From positions 73,810 to 137,809 of the forward strand of contig CBDUKH010000001.1 in assembly GCA_965367755.1 (NCBI GenBank): a DNA stretch of 64,000 bases. Reading direction: 5' to 3'. The notes under the pieces are model-generated. The model was not told the origin of the DNA, did no database searches, and was given only the letters and a program-made list of their open reading frames with translations. Of the stretch, positions 19,174 through 29,370 are shown piece after piece; within the stretch, counting starts at the first letter, position 1; each line of letters starts with the position of its first letter. The position numbers were made by a program, and so were the translations under genes. Origin of the DNA: an uncultured Rhodothermales bacterium (GTDB lineage: Bacteria; Bacteroidota; Rhodothermia; Rhodothermales; JABDKH01).

Positions 19174-20547
19174 ATGAACGACATTTTCGACGAACGAGGA
19201 GATCATTTTCGCACTTCTCGAGCACCGCTGGCGGATCGTATGCGGCCGCAGTCTCTTGATGAGTTTATTGGTCAGCATCATATTCTCGGACCGGGGAAGC
19301 TCCTACGTCGTGCCATAGAGGCGGATCGCTTGACGTCCGTTATTCTCGCGGGGCCGCCGGGAACTGGTAAGACGACGTTAGCGCGCATCATTGCCAATAC
19401 TACTTCCGCGCGCTTTGTGTCACTTAATGCGGTGCTGGCTGGTATCAAAGATATTCGGGAAGCCGTCGAACAGGCCCGGAGCCATCAAAAGCACCATCAG
19501 CAGCGGACGATTCTCTTTGTAGACGAGGTACATCGTTTTAACAAAGCGCAACAAGATGCCTTGTTACCACATGTCGAAAACGGCACGGTGACATTTATCG
19601 GTGCCACGACTGAAAATCCCTATTTCGAAGTGATCAAAGCGTTGGTTAGCCGATCTAGGGTGTTTGAATTGAAATCCCTCGAAGACACAGATCTTTCAAG
19701 AATAATCACCTTTGTCCTCACTGACCATGGCCGGGGCTACGGTGACAAGAACGTTCAGCTTGCAGACGATGCGCGTGAGCATCTTATCAATGTAGCGAAT
19801 GGTGATGCGCGCTCGTTGCTTAATGCATTGGAGTTGGCGATTGAGACGACTGAACCCGACGCTGATGGAATAATCAACATCAGTATGGACGTCGCGGAGG
19901 ACAGTATCCAGAAACGTGCAGTGTTGTATGATAAGGAAGGTGATGCGCACTTCGATACCATCTCGGCTTTCATTAAGAGTCTCCGCGGTTCAGATCCGGA
20001 TGCATCATTGTATTGGATGGCAAAAATGGTGTATGCAGGAGAAGATCCACGATATATTTTCCGACGCATGATTGTTTTTGCTGCAGAAGATATAGGGTTG
20101 GCAGACCCACGGGCGGTTCAAGTTGCCATGTCATGCGCAGAGGCATTTGACTATGTAGGTTTACCTGAAGGCCAGTTCCATCTTGCCGAATGTTGTTTGT
20201 ATCTGTCTACTGCTCCAAAAAGTAACTCCACACTTTCCTATTTTGATGCGTTTAAGTTTGTGACAGATGAGCGAACCGGCGAGGTCCCCGACCCTTTGAA
20301 GGATGCGAACAGGGATGGCGCGGCGCTCGGTCATGGAAAAGGGTATATGTACCCGCATGCTTATCATAACCATTACGTACCGCAACAATATCTTCCGGAT
20401 GGACTCCAGGGCACGTTTTTTTATCAACCGTCGGAAGTAGGCTATGAACGGACCATTCGCGATCGCCTTGACTACTGGGACTCGAGAGATCAAAAAGAAT
20501 CTCTTAAAAAACGTGTCAACAAATACGCGCGCTCTGACGATGATTGA
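19174..20547 (+). CDS. rarA: Replication-associated recombination protein A (AAA+)
   Basis: [41 protein letters not shown]. Confidence 0.96.
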   Translation: MNDIFDERGDHFRTSRAPLADRMRPQSLDEFIGQHHILGPGKLLRRAIEADRLTSVILAGPPGTGKTTLARIIANTTSARFVSLNAVLAGIKDIREAVEQARSHQKHHQQRTILFVDEVHRFNKAQQDALLPHVENGTVTFIGATTENPYFEVIKALVSRSRVFELKSLEDTDLSRIITFVLTDHGRGYGDKNVQLADDAREHLINVANGDARSLLNALELAIETTEPDADGIINISMDVAEDSIQKRAVLYDKEGDAHFDTISAFIKSLRGSDPDASLYWMAKMVYAGEDPRYIFRRMIVFAAEDIGLADPRAVQVAMSCAEAFDYVGLPEGQFHLAECCLYLSTAPKSNSTLSYFDAFKFVTDERTGEVPDPLKDANRDGAALGHGKGYMYPHAYHNHYVPQQYLPDGLQGTFFYQPSEVGYERTIRDRLDYWDSRDQKESLKKRVNKYARSDDD

Positions 20548-20571
20548 TCTCTTTTCAAGTAGGGAAGGCTG

Positions 20572-21120
20572 ATGTTAAAGAAGTTTGTTTCGTTTGCAGA
20601 GGCAATAGACCGGTTCAGTATTGGAACTGGCAAAGTCGTCTACTGGCTGACTCTCGCGACGGTTGTCATCGGAGGCTACAATGCAGTCGTACGCTACCTG
20701 GATCGATTTACTGGTTTGAGTTTAAGTTCGAACATGTACATCGAGCTACAGTGGTATTTGTTTGGAATGATTTTTCTCCTCGCCGGTGCATATACCTTAC
20801 AGCAAGATGCTCACGTTCGCGTAGACGTTCTGTATGGAAGACTAGGCGCGAAAGGAAAGGCCTGGATCAACCTGATCGGCACTCTTCTCTTTCTACTTCC
20901 ATTCTGCGTAGTCCTGATGGCGAAGTCAGTACCTTCAGTCGTCAACTCATGGGCCGTAATGGAAGTCTCGCCTGACCCGGGCGGGCTGCCGCGGTATCCG
21001 ATTCGCACTATCATTCCACTCGCATTTGTCTTGCTATCCCTGCAGGGGATTTCGTTAGCGATTACGTCACTGGCAACACTCTTGAAGCCGGATACGGTTA
21101 CTACAGAGGAAAGCGAATGA
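20572..21120 (+). CDS. dctQ: TRAP transporter small permease (FcbT2-type)
   Basis: ELQWYLF, HVRVDVLY, four TM segments. Confidence 0.93.
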   Translation: MLKKFVSFAEAIDRFSIGTGKVVYWLTLATVVIGGYNAVVRYLDRFTGLSLSSNMYIELQWYLFGMIFLLAGAYTLQQDAHVRVDVLYGRLGAKGKAWINLIGTLLFLLPFCVVLMAKSVPSVVNSWAVMEVSPDPGGLPRYPIRTIIPLAFVLLSLQGISLAITSLATLLKPDTVTTEESE

Positions 21121-22436
21121 GTGGCGACATTTTAGCACCGTTGATGTTTGCGGTTGCCCTTCTCCTCATTTTTTCAGGTTATCCAGTTGCTTTTTCGCTC
21201 GGTGGTACTGCTCTCATCTTCGCATTCGTCGGCGTCGAGCTAGAACTATTTTCATGGAGCCTGATGTATGCGTTGCCGGATCGCACTTTCGGTATCTTGT
21301 CTAACTACGTCCTGCTTGCTGTTCCCTTTTTCATATTTATGGGGACAATGCTTGAAAAGTCGAAGCTGGCAGAGGACCTGCTGAAGACGATCGGGATGTT
21401 GTTCGGACCTATGCGGGGTGGACTTGCCCTGGCAGTCGTATTTGTGGGCGCCCTTTTGGCTGCAGCTACAGGCGTCGTCGGGGCATCGGTTGTTGCCATG
21501 GGCATGATATCGCTGCCGATCATGCTTCAATACGGCTATTCTCACGAATTATCTGCTGGCGTGATAACTGCCTCTGGAACGCTCGGGCAAATAATCCCTC
21601 CCTCTGTGGTACTGGTTGTCCTCGCCGATCAACTCGGTGTACCTGTTGGAGATCTCTTTCTTGGTTCTCTCGTACCCGGAGTAATGCTGGCGCTGCTCTA
21701 CGCCGTGTTTGCGTTCGGCAAGGCGCTTCTTAATAAAGAGTCTGCACCGGCGCTACCAAAATCCGAGCGGTCCCTTGATGCTCGAGAACTCGGCAAGCGC
21801 GTCTTACTCGTAATGCTTCCTCCCTTGTTGCTGATTCTCGTTGTTTTGGGTAGCATATTCGCTGGCGTTGCCACACCAACGGAAGCCGGCGCACTCGGAG
21901 CCCTCGGTGCTATCTTCCTGGCAGCTGTCAATCGGCGCCTGACACTGAAAGGACTGCGGGAGACGATGGATGAGACAACCAAGCTTACGGCCATGGTAAT
22001 GTTCTTGTTGATCGGGTCGACAGCGTTCGCTCTTGTATTCAGAGGCCTGAATGGCGACCTGTGGATCGAAGGCGTTCTAACAAATTTGCCCGGAGGAGTA
22101 ATAGGACTCTTGATCGTTGCGAACATCACAATCTTCATCCTCGGCTTTTTCATCGACTTCTTCGAAATTGCCTTCATCATCGTGCCTCTTCTAGCGCCCG
22201 CCGCAACACTTCTCGGGGTCGATCTTGTCTGGTTTGGCGTAATGATCGGAATGAACCTGCAAACCTCATTCCTGACCCCGCCCTTTGGGTTCGCCCTTTT
22301 CTACTTGCGAGGAGTTGCTCCTCCTGAGGTGACGACGGCCCAGATCTATCGAGGAGTGGTCCCCTTTATAGTGATCCAGTTGATCGGCTTGCTGCTGATT
22401 ATCCTGTTCCCCGAGCTCGTAAACTGGGCGTACTAG
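21117..22436 (+). CDS. dctM: TRAP transporter large permease (FcbT3-type)
   Basis: GYPVAF, GTLGQIIPPS, TPPFGFALFYL; ATGA overlap with dctQ. Confidence 0.95.
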   Translation: MSGDILAPLMFAVALLLIFSGYPVAFSLGGTALIFAFVGVELELFSWSLMYALPDRTFGILSNYVLLAVPFFIFMGTMLEKSKLAEDLLKTIGMLFGPMRGGLALAVVFVGALLAAATGVVGASVVAMGMISLPIMLQYGYSHELSAGVITASGTLGQIIPPSVVLVVLADQLGVPVGDLFLGSLVPGVMLALLYAVFAFGKALLNKESAPALPKSERSLDARELGKRVLLVMLPPLLLILVVLGSIFAGVATPTEAGALGALGAIFLAAVNRRLTLKGLRETMDETTKLTAMVMFLLIGSTAFALVFRGLNGDLWIEGVLTNLPGGVIGLLIVANITIFILGFFIDFFEIAFIIVPLLAPAATLLGVDLVWFGVMIGMNLQTSFLTPPFGFALFYLRGVAPPEVTTAQIYRGVVPFIVIQLIGLLLIILFPELVNWAY

Positions 22437-22486
22437 ACTGGAGTGACGTAGTTATCCGGACGGATAGATAAGAGGTTAGCGATTAC

Positions 22487-22675
22487 TTAGACGTACGATT
22501 CCAACTCCGTGAGAAGCGCCTCCTCCTGTTCTGCAACCATCGCTTTCAATTTCGCTGACTTTGACGTGGACTCTGTGTCAGCGTTTTCTTTGCTATCTTT
22601 TAAGTAGGTCATCACGAGGCCAGCGGCAGCAGTGGCACACGCAGAAATGATGAATGCTCTTAGTACTCGTTTCAT
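22487..22675 (-). CDS. Small hypothetical protein with N-terminal hydrophobic anchor
   Basis: MKR plus hydrophobic stretch and a helical acidic C-terminus; fills an intergenic gap. Confidence 0.55.
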   Translation of the reverse strand: MKRVLRAFIISACATAAAGLVMTYLKDSKENADTESTSKSAKLKAMVAEQEEALLTELESYV

Positions 22676-22867
22676 GCTGATGTTAGAATATGCAGATAGT
22701 GGGTCACCGTTCTAACTGAATTTCTGTCATGGTGTTCTTGGTCTGCAGATAATTTATTTGACCGACGTCCGGGTAAAAAATGTAACACGTGAAGTTGGAT
22801 GACTCATGAAAATCAAAGACACACTGACTACAGTAGCGGAAGCGTGAAGAGAGTGCACACCGATAAT

Positions 22868-23749
22868 ATGGCACTATTGTCTCGCCATGAGTGGATGCAG
22901 CTTCAAACTACTCACGTCAATGCGCTCCTTCCGGTAATGCGACCGTACCTGGACGCAAGAAATCGTGGTACAAAAGATCCTGTGATGGATTTCCTCTTTG
23001 AATACTATGCATATCGACCATCTCATCTTCTCAAGTGGTCCCCGGGCATAAACCGAATGCTGCAAGGCGATTCGTCCGAGTTGGAAATTGGCAGCGAGTA
23101 TCTCACGCAAAGCGGGGATGTGTTCTTTGTTGACCGGACTACGTACCCGAATCACAGGATGGAGGGGCTTCAGTGGATCGTAAAGATCTTGCAAAACACG
23201 TCGCAGAGAAAGCCTCTACTCGGATGTCATGGCCTGCATGAATGGGCGATGGTGTTTGAGCAAGAAGATGTTCGTCATCCACAGTTTCCGTTGCGACTAG
23301 GTAGAAAGCAGACCGATGACGTTGTAAGCAGCCAGTCACTCATCTGCACTCACTTCGACGCATACAGATTTTTTACACCCGGTGCGCGTCCGATGAACAG
23401 GACTGAGCTTTCCCGGAGCGCGTCGTCGGAGTTCGAACAGCCTGGTTGCCTGCACACGAACATGGATCTGTACAAATGGGCATTCAAACTTTTCCCGTGG
23501 GTGTCGAGTGAATTACTGGGACGATCCTTCTTCCTTGCGCTCGATATCCGGGTTGTGGATATGCGCGCCTCTCCGTACGACATGTCGTCAATTGGTCTGG
23601 AGCCGATAAAGATAGAGACGGAATCCGGGACAGAATACTACAGGCGGCGTCAGCAGGATTTTGCAGAGCGCGCGAAACCAGTACGAGCCGAATTACTTGC
23701 AACCGCTACTGAATTACTGGAATCTCAATCGGCTTGCTCAGCAACCTGA
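22868..23749 (+). CDS. Conserved uncharacterised protein (family usually labelled 3-methyladenine DNA glycosylase in Actinobacteria)
   Basis: PV-x-DFLFEYY, GCHGLHEWAMV, CTHFDAYRFFT, QPGCLHTNMDLYKW, DMRASPYD. Confidence 0.78.
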   Translation: MALLSRHEWMQLQTTHVNALLPVMRPYLDARNRGTKDPVMDFLFEYYAYRPSHLLKWSPGINRMLQGDSSELEIGSEYLTQSGDVFFVDRTTYPNHRMEGLQWIVKILQNTSQRKPLLGCHGLHEWAMVFEQEDVRHPQFPLRLGRKQTDDVVSSQSLICTHFDAYRFFTPGARPMNRTELSRSASSEFEQPGCLHTNMDLYKWAFKLFPWVSSELLGRSFFLALDIRVVDMRASPYDMSSIGLEPIKIETESGTEYYRRRQQDFAERAKPVRAELLATATELLESQSACSAT

Positions 23750-23766
23750 AAGGGATTGGCCAGATG

Positions 23767-25275
23767 TCATTGCGTCACGAGCAATCCGGTTTGGGCTGGA
23801 CCCGATGATGCGGCTACGCGGACGAAGTAGATGCCGGGTGCCCACCCGGAGACATCCAATGTATACTGGTCCAGGTCTTCTTGAAGCAAGGTTAGGGGCA
23901 CCTTTCTTCCCAGTAGGTCGCTTATCTCGAGATATTGATCGCGGTTCTTGAGGCTGAACTTTATTGTCACACGATCGACGGCCGGAGTCGGAAAAATTTC
24001 CAACTCGAGTGTCTGCTGTTCCCGCCGAGCAACGGATGTATTACCAAAGTTGTCCAGGGTATATGCTATTGCGTCAGCAGCATTGACCAACCCACACCCG
24101 GTCCTCGAGTCGCATCCCGGTGTTGCGAGATCAGTGGCTGTTAGTCGCAGGATTTGCTTGACGTCTGCCCAGGTCAGTTGATCGTTCAGGGCAAGCATTA
24201 AAGCAACCACCCCGGCCACCTGCGGAGCGGCAGCCGACGTACCGCCAAAATGCGCGGTAAATCCCGGGGCCGGTTTAGGCTCGTCTCGCCCGTCCATTGT
24301 CCACACATATTGAGCGAACCCACGCTCACAAATTCCCGAGTTCCCGGGGTTCCAGCCTACCTCCCAGTCGTCCGACACGGAGCTTAGTTCCGTTGTCCAA
24401 ACGTCGCCGTTCATGTGGTATCTAAAGAAATCTGAACTTTCGAAGTTACAGCCTCCGATGATGAGCTCCGGGCCCTCCACCAACGCACCGGATTGTGCGA
24501 CCAGGTCGAGCGAATCACTGGCAACGCTATATGGCCACTTTTCATTCGATCTGTCGACAGCACCGACCGAGATTACAGCGTGGTGGCTGGCCGGGTAGGC
24601 TAGAATATTGCCGAGCGTGTTCGCATGATTTCCCGCGGCAGCGACGAGGACTGCTCCGAGTCCGTCTCGTCCCAGCGTGGTAGCGCGTTCAATCGCCAAG
24701 TTGATTGCATCGAACTGCAGATGATCGGGATCGCCATTACTTTCGGTAATACCCCACCCGGTGTAGATGATAGCTGCTCCATTCTGCCAGGCGAAATCGA
24801 TAGCATCCGCAATCGATTGCATGCGTGCCGACCGTGTCGACCCACGTAAATCACCCCGATCGAAAATGCGGATAGGAATTATTCGAACACCCGGGGCAAT
24901 TCCGGCAATTCCCAGGCCATTGTGAGCAGCGCCAATTATGCCTGCTGATGCCATGCCATGACTGCCATTTCCGAATGGAGTCGGATCGTCGTCGGAGTCC
25001 CAATAGTCAATACCCGGTAGCAGACGCGTTGACGGGATTTCGGGATGCGGGGTCATTCCTTCGTCGATAATTGCGACTATGACATCCGGGCTCCCGGACG
25101 TATGCTTCCAGGCATCCTCGACTTCTATGGCGTGGAGATAGTACTGGTACGGGTAAAGGGGCTCTTGAACACCCCGAAAATCCTGGGATAATCCAGAATG
25201 AAGGCAAGGCAGCGTGAGGGCCAGCGCTGCCGCTGCTCTGAGAGGAGTGAGCAATGATCCGAATTTTGTAGGCAC
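23767..25275 (-). CDS. S8 subtilisin-like serine peptidase with T9SS type A sorting domain
   Basis: Triad IIDEG / SHG / GTSAAAP; signal peptide; C-terminal EIFP-x-P...DLLGR...GIYFVR. Confidence 0.92.
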   Translation of the reverse strand: MPTKFGSLLTPLRAAAALALTLPCLHSGLSQDFRGVQEPLYPYQYYLHAIEVEDAWKHTSGSPDVIVAIIDEGMTPHPEIPSTRLLPGIDYWDSDDDPTPFGNGSHGMASAGIIGAAHNGLGIAGIAPGVRIIPIRIFDRGDLRGSTRSARMQSIADAIDFAWQNGAAIIYTGWGITESNGDPDHLQFDAINLAIERATTLGRDGLGAVLVAAAGNHANTLGNILAYPASHHAVISVGAVDRSNEKWPYSVASDSLDLVAQSGALVEGPELIIGGCNFESSDFFRYHMNGDVWTTELSSVSDDWEVGWNPGNSGICERGFAQYVWTMDGRDEPKPAPGFTAHFGGTSAAAPQVAGVVALMLALNDQLTWADVKQILRLTATDLATPGCDSRTGCGLVNAADAIAYTLDNFGNTSVARREQQTLELEIFPTPAVDRVTIKFSLKNRDQYLEISDLLGRKVPLTLLQEDLDQYTLDVSGWAPGIYFVRVAASSGPAQTGLLVTQ

Positions 25276-25396
25276 GATACTATCCGGGCTGCCGAATACC
25301 TTTCTGTGTTGATCTGGCTACTAATATTACTGATAGCGTTAAATCTCCAAACAAATGAATGTACTATTCGTAGCATTTTTTCGAATGTACAGATCT

Positions 25397-26062
25397 ATGC
25401 GAATATTATTACTGTTACTGGCGTTTTTGATGCTTTCCGGGCCGGAAGTTAGTGCTCAGAATAGTCACACGTTCCAGATAGCGCGTGTAAAATACGGTGG
25501 TGGCGGAGATTGGTATAGCGACCCTCAGTCGTTACCGGAGCTCTTGAAATTTGTCCGATCCGAGTCACTGCTAGACGTGGCTCCGAAAGAAGAGGTCGTA
25601 GAGTTGAGCAACGTCAAGCTGTTCGGCTATCCATATTTGTATCTCACCGGACATGGTAACGTAACGTTCACAAGCGACGAAGCGATAAATTTGAGGAGAT
25701 ACCTGCTTGGCGGTGGGTTCCTGCATATCGATGACAACTACGGAATTGATAAGCACATCCGGCGTGAGATGGCCAAAGTCTTTCCGGATCAGGAATTCCG
25801 AGAGCTTCCTAACAGCCACCCGATTTTCAGATCTCATTTTAATTTTCCGAACGGTCTTCCCAAGATCCACGAGCATGACAACAAACCGGCACAGGCATTC
25901 GGATTATTTGATCCTGTGGGTCGGCTCGTAGTTTTGTATACGTATGAATCCGATCTTGGCGACGGCTGGGAGCCGGAAGACGTACACAATGATACAGAGG
26001 ATAAGCGACGAGAAGCACTGCAGATGGGGACCAATATTCTCGTTTATGCCATGACCAATTAG
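25397..26062 (+). CDS. DUF4159-domain secreted protein
   Basis: KYGGGGDWY, YLYLTGHG, GGFLHIDDNYG, DLGDGWE, MGTNI. Confidence 0.85.
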   Translation: MRILLLLLAFLMLSGPEVSAQNSHTFQIARVKYGGGGDWYSDPQSLPELLKFVRSESLLDVAPKEEVVELSNVKLFGYPYLYLTGHGNVTFTSDEAINLRRYLLGGGFLHIDDNYGIDKHIRREMAKVFPDQEFRELPNSHPIFRSHFNFPNGLPKIHEHDNKPAQAFGLFDPVGRLVVLYTYESDLGDGWEPEDVHNDTEDKRREALQMGTNILVYAMTN

Positions 26063-26078
26063 ACAGAATTGGACGATC

Positions 26079-26402
26079 ATGAAAGGAAAACTGACTTTTG
26101 CTCTACTAGTTATCTTCCTCGGTTGGCTCGCTTTTTCGAATCCGTCAATGGAAGATTTCAAAGCGTTCACGCACGCACAATCTCGGGACTACCTCGAGCA
26201 TGAACTGGGTGATAACGCAGTGGGGAGGGCTCTGGCTCAGGCCGGCTCCAGTCTTGCTGGAGATTATGTCGATCAGATCTCTGACCGAAAGAATTATGTA
26301 TTTTTCAGCCGATTCACGGTTGGCGATGATGTCGATCGGGATGAAGACGACGATGCGTGGTCTTATCTTGGTATCGGTGGTAGATTTATCCGAATGGATT
26401 AA
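26079..26402 (+). CDS. DUF4359-like membrane-anchored protein
   Basis: N-terminal TM then SNPS...F, RKNYVFFS, YLGIGG-x-F. Confidence 0.65.
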   Translation: MKGKLTFALLVIFLGWLAFSNPSMEDFKAFTHAQSRDYLEHELGDNAVGRALAQAGSSLAGDYVDQISDRKNYVFFSRFTVGDDVDRDEDDDAWSYLGIGGRFIRMD

Positions 26403-26432
26403 TAACAGAACTTATAACGAGGCATCCTAAAC

Positions 26433-27740
26433 ATGAGCGAACTTCACGCTACTGATCCAGAAATCTTCAAAATCATTGAGGATGAGGTCGAGCGCCAGAA
26501 CGACGGACTGGAGCTTATTGCATCTGAGAACTTTGTATCTCGATCGGTGATGGAGGCGATGGGTTCTGCTTTGACTAACAAGTATGCTGAAGGGCTGCCC
26601 GGGAAACGATACTATGGCGGCTGTGTGTTTGTGGATAAAGCGGAGGAGCTTGCCCGCGAGCGTGCGAAGGAGCTTTTTTCGTGCGACTGGGTGAACGTAC
26701 AACCACATTCGGGAGCGTCGGCGAACGCTGCCGTCTATCTGACACTTATGAATCCGGGCGACACGTTCCTCGGACTCGACTTGTCTCATGGCGGGCACTT
26801 GACACACGGCAGCCCGGTTAACTTTTCGGGGATCCTCTACAAGGCTGAGTATTACGGAGTGGAGAAGGATGGTCCGAATGCTGGCCGGATTGATATGGAC
26901 CGGGTGCGTGACAAGGCGCGGGAAATTAATCCGAAAATGATCTCCATTGGTGCCAGTGCATATCCTCGTGATTTTGACTACGAAGCTTTTCGGTCGATCG
27001 CCGATGAGGTGGGAGCATTTTTGTGGATGGACATGGCGCACACTGCGGGATTGATTGCGACCGGACTGTTAAGCTCGCCGATGCCGTATGCACATATCGT
27101 GAGTACTACTACCCACAAGACACTTCGCGGACCGCGTGGAGGAATGCTACTCATCGGAGAGGATTTCGAAAATACACTTGGCAAAGTTGCTCCGAAGAGT
27201 GGGCGTGTAAAGATGATGAGCGAGTTGTTTGACTCGGCCGTATTCCCCGGGATGCAGGGTGGACCCCTGATGCACGTTATTGCAGCAAAGGCTGTTGCAT
27301 TCAAGGAGGCGCTGGCACCGGATTTCAAGACTTACAGTGAGAACGTTATTACGAACGCCAAGGCAATGGCAGACGCTTTCGTTGAGAAAGGCTACAACCT
27401 TGTCTCTGGCGGCACCGACAATCACCTCATACTTGTTGACTTGCGCAACAAGGGTATTACGGGGAAAGCTGCTGAGGCGGCACTGGGCCAGGCTGAGATC
27501 ACGGTGAATAAAAATATGGTACCGTTTGACGATCAAAGTCCATTTGTGACGAGCGGAATCAGACTGGGAAGTCCTGCGATGACCAGTCGCAATCTTGGGC
27601 CGGGAGAGTTCAAAGTAATTGCGACGCTCATCGACAAGGTGCTGACGAACGTGAGTGACGAGGACGTCATCAAACAGGTTCGATCTGAAGTTAGAGCGAT
27701 CTGCAAGAAGTTTCCTCTCTATGATTTTGTAACTGCCTAG
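26433..27740 (+). CDS. glyA: Serine hydroxymethyltransferase
   Basis: [22 protein letters not shown]-lysine [13 protein letters not shown]. Confidence 0.98.
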   Translation: MSELHATDPEIFKIIEDEVERQNDGLELIASENFVSRSVMEAMGSALTNKYAEGLPGKRYYGGCVFVDKAEELARERAKELFSCDWVNVQPHSGASANAAVYLTLMNPGDTFLGLDLSHGGHLTHGSPVNFSGILYKAEYYGVEKDGPNAGRIDMDRVRDKAREINPKMISIGASAYPRDFDYEAFRSIADEVGAFLWMDMAHTAGLIATGLLSSPMPYAHIVSTTTHKTLRGPRGGMLLIGEDFENTLGKVAPKSGRVKMMSELFDSAVFPGMQGGPLMHVIAAKAVAFKEALAPDFKTYSENVITNAKAMADAFVEKGYNLVSGGTDNHLILVDLRNKGITGKAAEAALGQAEITVNKNMVPFDDQSPFVTSGIRLGSPAMTSRNLGPGEFKVIATLIDKVLTNVSDEDVIKQVRSEVRAICKKFPLYDFVTA

Positions 27741-27746
27741 AACTGA

Positions 27747-28430
27747 ATGCGGGAAGGTAAGATGGGAATTGGTGGCGCAAATAGTTCTACTGCAAAGGAA
27801 GCTGGCAAACTTGATGCTTCTCAGGACGACCTGATTGCGCTGGGCCGGCAACTCTATGACCTTGCGCTGGTCCGCAGCAGTGATGAGACAATCACCGACC
27901 CGCGGGGCAATAAGATCGGTTGGTTGCTGGACACGCGCATTCCAATGCTTGATTCTGCTTGCTTTCAACGAGTGGGGCGAGCCCTGTCCGAAAGGTTGGC
28001 GGAGAAGCAGGTTTACCAGGTGCTTGGATTCGGTTTCGGATCATATGCCATTGTATCATCAATCCTGAGCGGCTGTGAGCCCGGAATTGTAAAGGGGGGA
28101 TTCATACGGGAGCACCGAAAATCGCATGGCCGGAGGCGGATTGTTGAAGGTCCCGTAGACCGGTCTAAACCCGTTGTCTTGATTGACGATATCCTTAACA
28201 GTGGTCGAAGTGCACTCAAAGCCGTTGACCTGGCAGAATCGGACGGATACAGCGTTGTGGGGATAATGACGTTATTCAATTTCACATGGAGTGGCGGGAA
28301 AGAGAAAATAGAACAGCGAAACATCTGGGTAGATTCTCTCCTTGACCTGAATTTACGCAGCACTGAATCTGCCGATGGCTCTGATCGCCTCACAGATTCA
28401 CATTCTGACGGTCACGCAACATCACAATGA
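27747..28430 (+). CDS. Type I phosphoribosyltransferase, PyrE-like but divergent
   Basis: PRPP-binding VVLIDDILNSGRS, flexible loop IREHRKSHG...IVEG. Confidence 0.8.
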   Translation: MREGKMGIGGANSSTAKEAGKLDASQDDLIALGRQLYDLALVRSSDETITDPRGNKIGWLLDTRIPMLDSACFQRVGRALSERLAEKQVYQVLGFGFGSYAIVSSILSGCEPGIVKGGFIREHRKSHGRRRIVEGPVDRSKPVVLIDDILNSGRSALKAVDLAESDGYSVVGIMTLFNFTWSGGKEKIEQRNIWVDSLLDLNLRSTESADGSDRLTDSHSDGHATSQ

Positions 28431-29287
28431 AAATTTTCGACCGTTTATTGCCCTCAGCGCTTCGAACCCCGATAAGTTCGGGTGATGGTGCCCCTGTGGA
28501 AGGTACCGAGGAGTTGGTGGAGATGCCATTCCTCGATCATCTTGAGGAATTCAGATGGGCGCTCATCCGGGGAGGTGCTGGCATCGTTTTGACCACCATT
28601 GTAGCAGCATTTTTTAGCAGGTGGATTATTGATGTTTTGCTCCTCGGGCCTGCAAAAGCAGACTTTTTCGTCTACAATATTCTAAACATAGATGCGGTAG
28701 ACCTCGACCTGCAGAATAGAACTATCACGGGTCAATTCTTTGCTCATTGGGGAACGATCCTGGCGGTCGGAGCCATACTGGGGTCACCGGTGTTTGTCTA
28801 CTATTTGTGGAAGTTCATTGAGCCTGGACTTTATCGTACGGAGAAAAAGGGACTGCGTTTTTCAGCGGTTTTCGCAACATTCTTCTTCATGCTGGGGATA
28901 TCTTTTGGCTACTGCATCATAACGCCGTTCGCCTTGCAATTTTTCTCGAACTATCAGATTTCTGATCAGATAGTAAACGACTTCGATATTACCCGTTACT
29001 TCAGTATGGTAACATTCTGGGCTTTTGGTGCAGGAATACTTTTCGAGCTTCCCGTCGGAGTTTACTTCTTATCGAAGATTGGAATTCTCACGCCGAGGCT
29101 AATGCGTACTTATCGCAAATATGCTTTCGTTGTGATCATGTTTTTGGGTGCCATGTTTACACCCCCTGATCCTTTGTCGATGGTCCTTGTTGCTGTGCCG
29201 CTTTTCTTGTTGTATCAACTTTCTATAACTATTTCGGCTTTCGTGGAGCGGCGTCGCGAGAAGGAACTCGCCGAAGCTCTGAAGTAG
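28427..29287 (+). CDS. tatC: Twin-arginine translocase subunit TatC
   Basis: MPFLDHLEE, FIEPGL, FELP, TPPDP. Confidence 0.95.
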   Translation: MKIFDRLLPSALRTPISSGDGAPVEGTEELVEMPFLDHLEEFRWALIRGGAGIVLTTIVAAFFSRWIIDVLLLGPAKADFFVYNILNIDAVDLDLQNRTITGQFFAHWGTILAVGAILGSPVFVYYLWKFIEPGLYRTEKKGLRFSAVFATFFFMLGISFGYCIITPFALQFFSNYQISDQIVNDFDITRYFSMVTFWAFGAGILFELPVGVYFLSKIGILTPRLMRTYRKYAFVVIMFLGAMFTPPDPLSMVLVAVPLFLLYQLSITISAFVERRREKELAEALK

Positions 29288-29326
29288 TGAGTAAGGAGTA
29301 TTCAGCACTTCCTGATGGGCGTTGTA

Positions 29327-29370
29327 TTTCCTAGGATTTTTCCTAGGAAGTTTCCTAGGCTTCTTCTAGC
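29327..29370. repeat. Tandem TTTCCTAGG repeat, 12-bp period (3 perfect copies plus 1 degenerate)
   Basis: Copies at 29327, 29339 and 29351; degenerate CTTCTAGC at 29363. Confidence 0.9.

Noticed and set aside
26427-27968. Long antisense ORFs (204 aa and 273 aa) over glyA and the PRTase, and similar shadow ORFs over korA, gltA, dctM and btuB
   Set aside because: They lie opposite well-conserved genes and have no recognisable motifs; expected by-products of codon bias.
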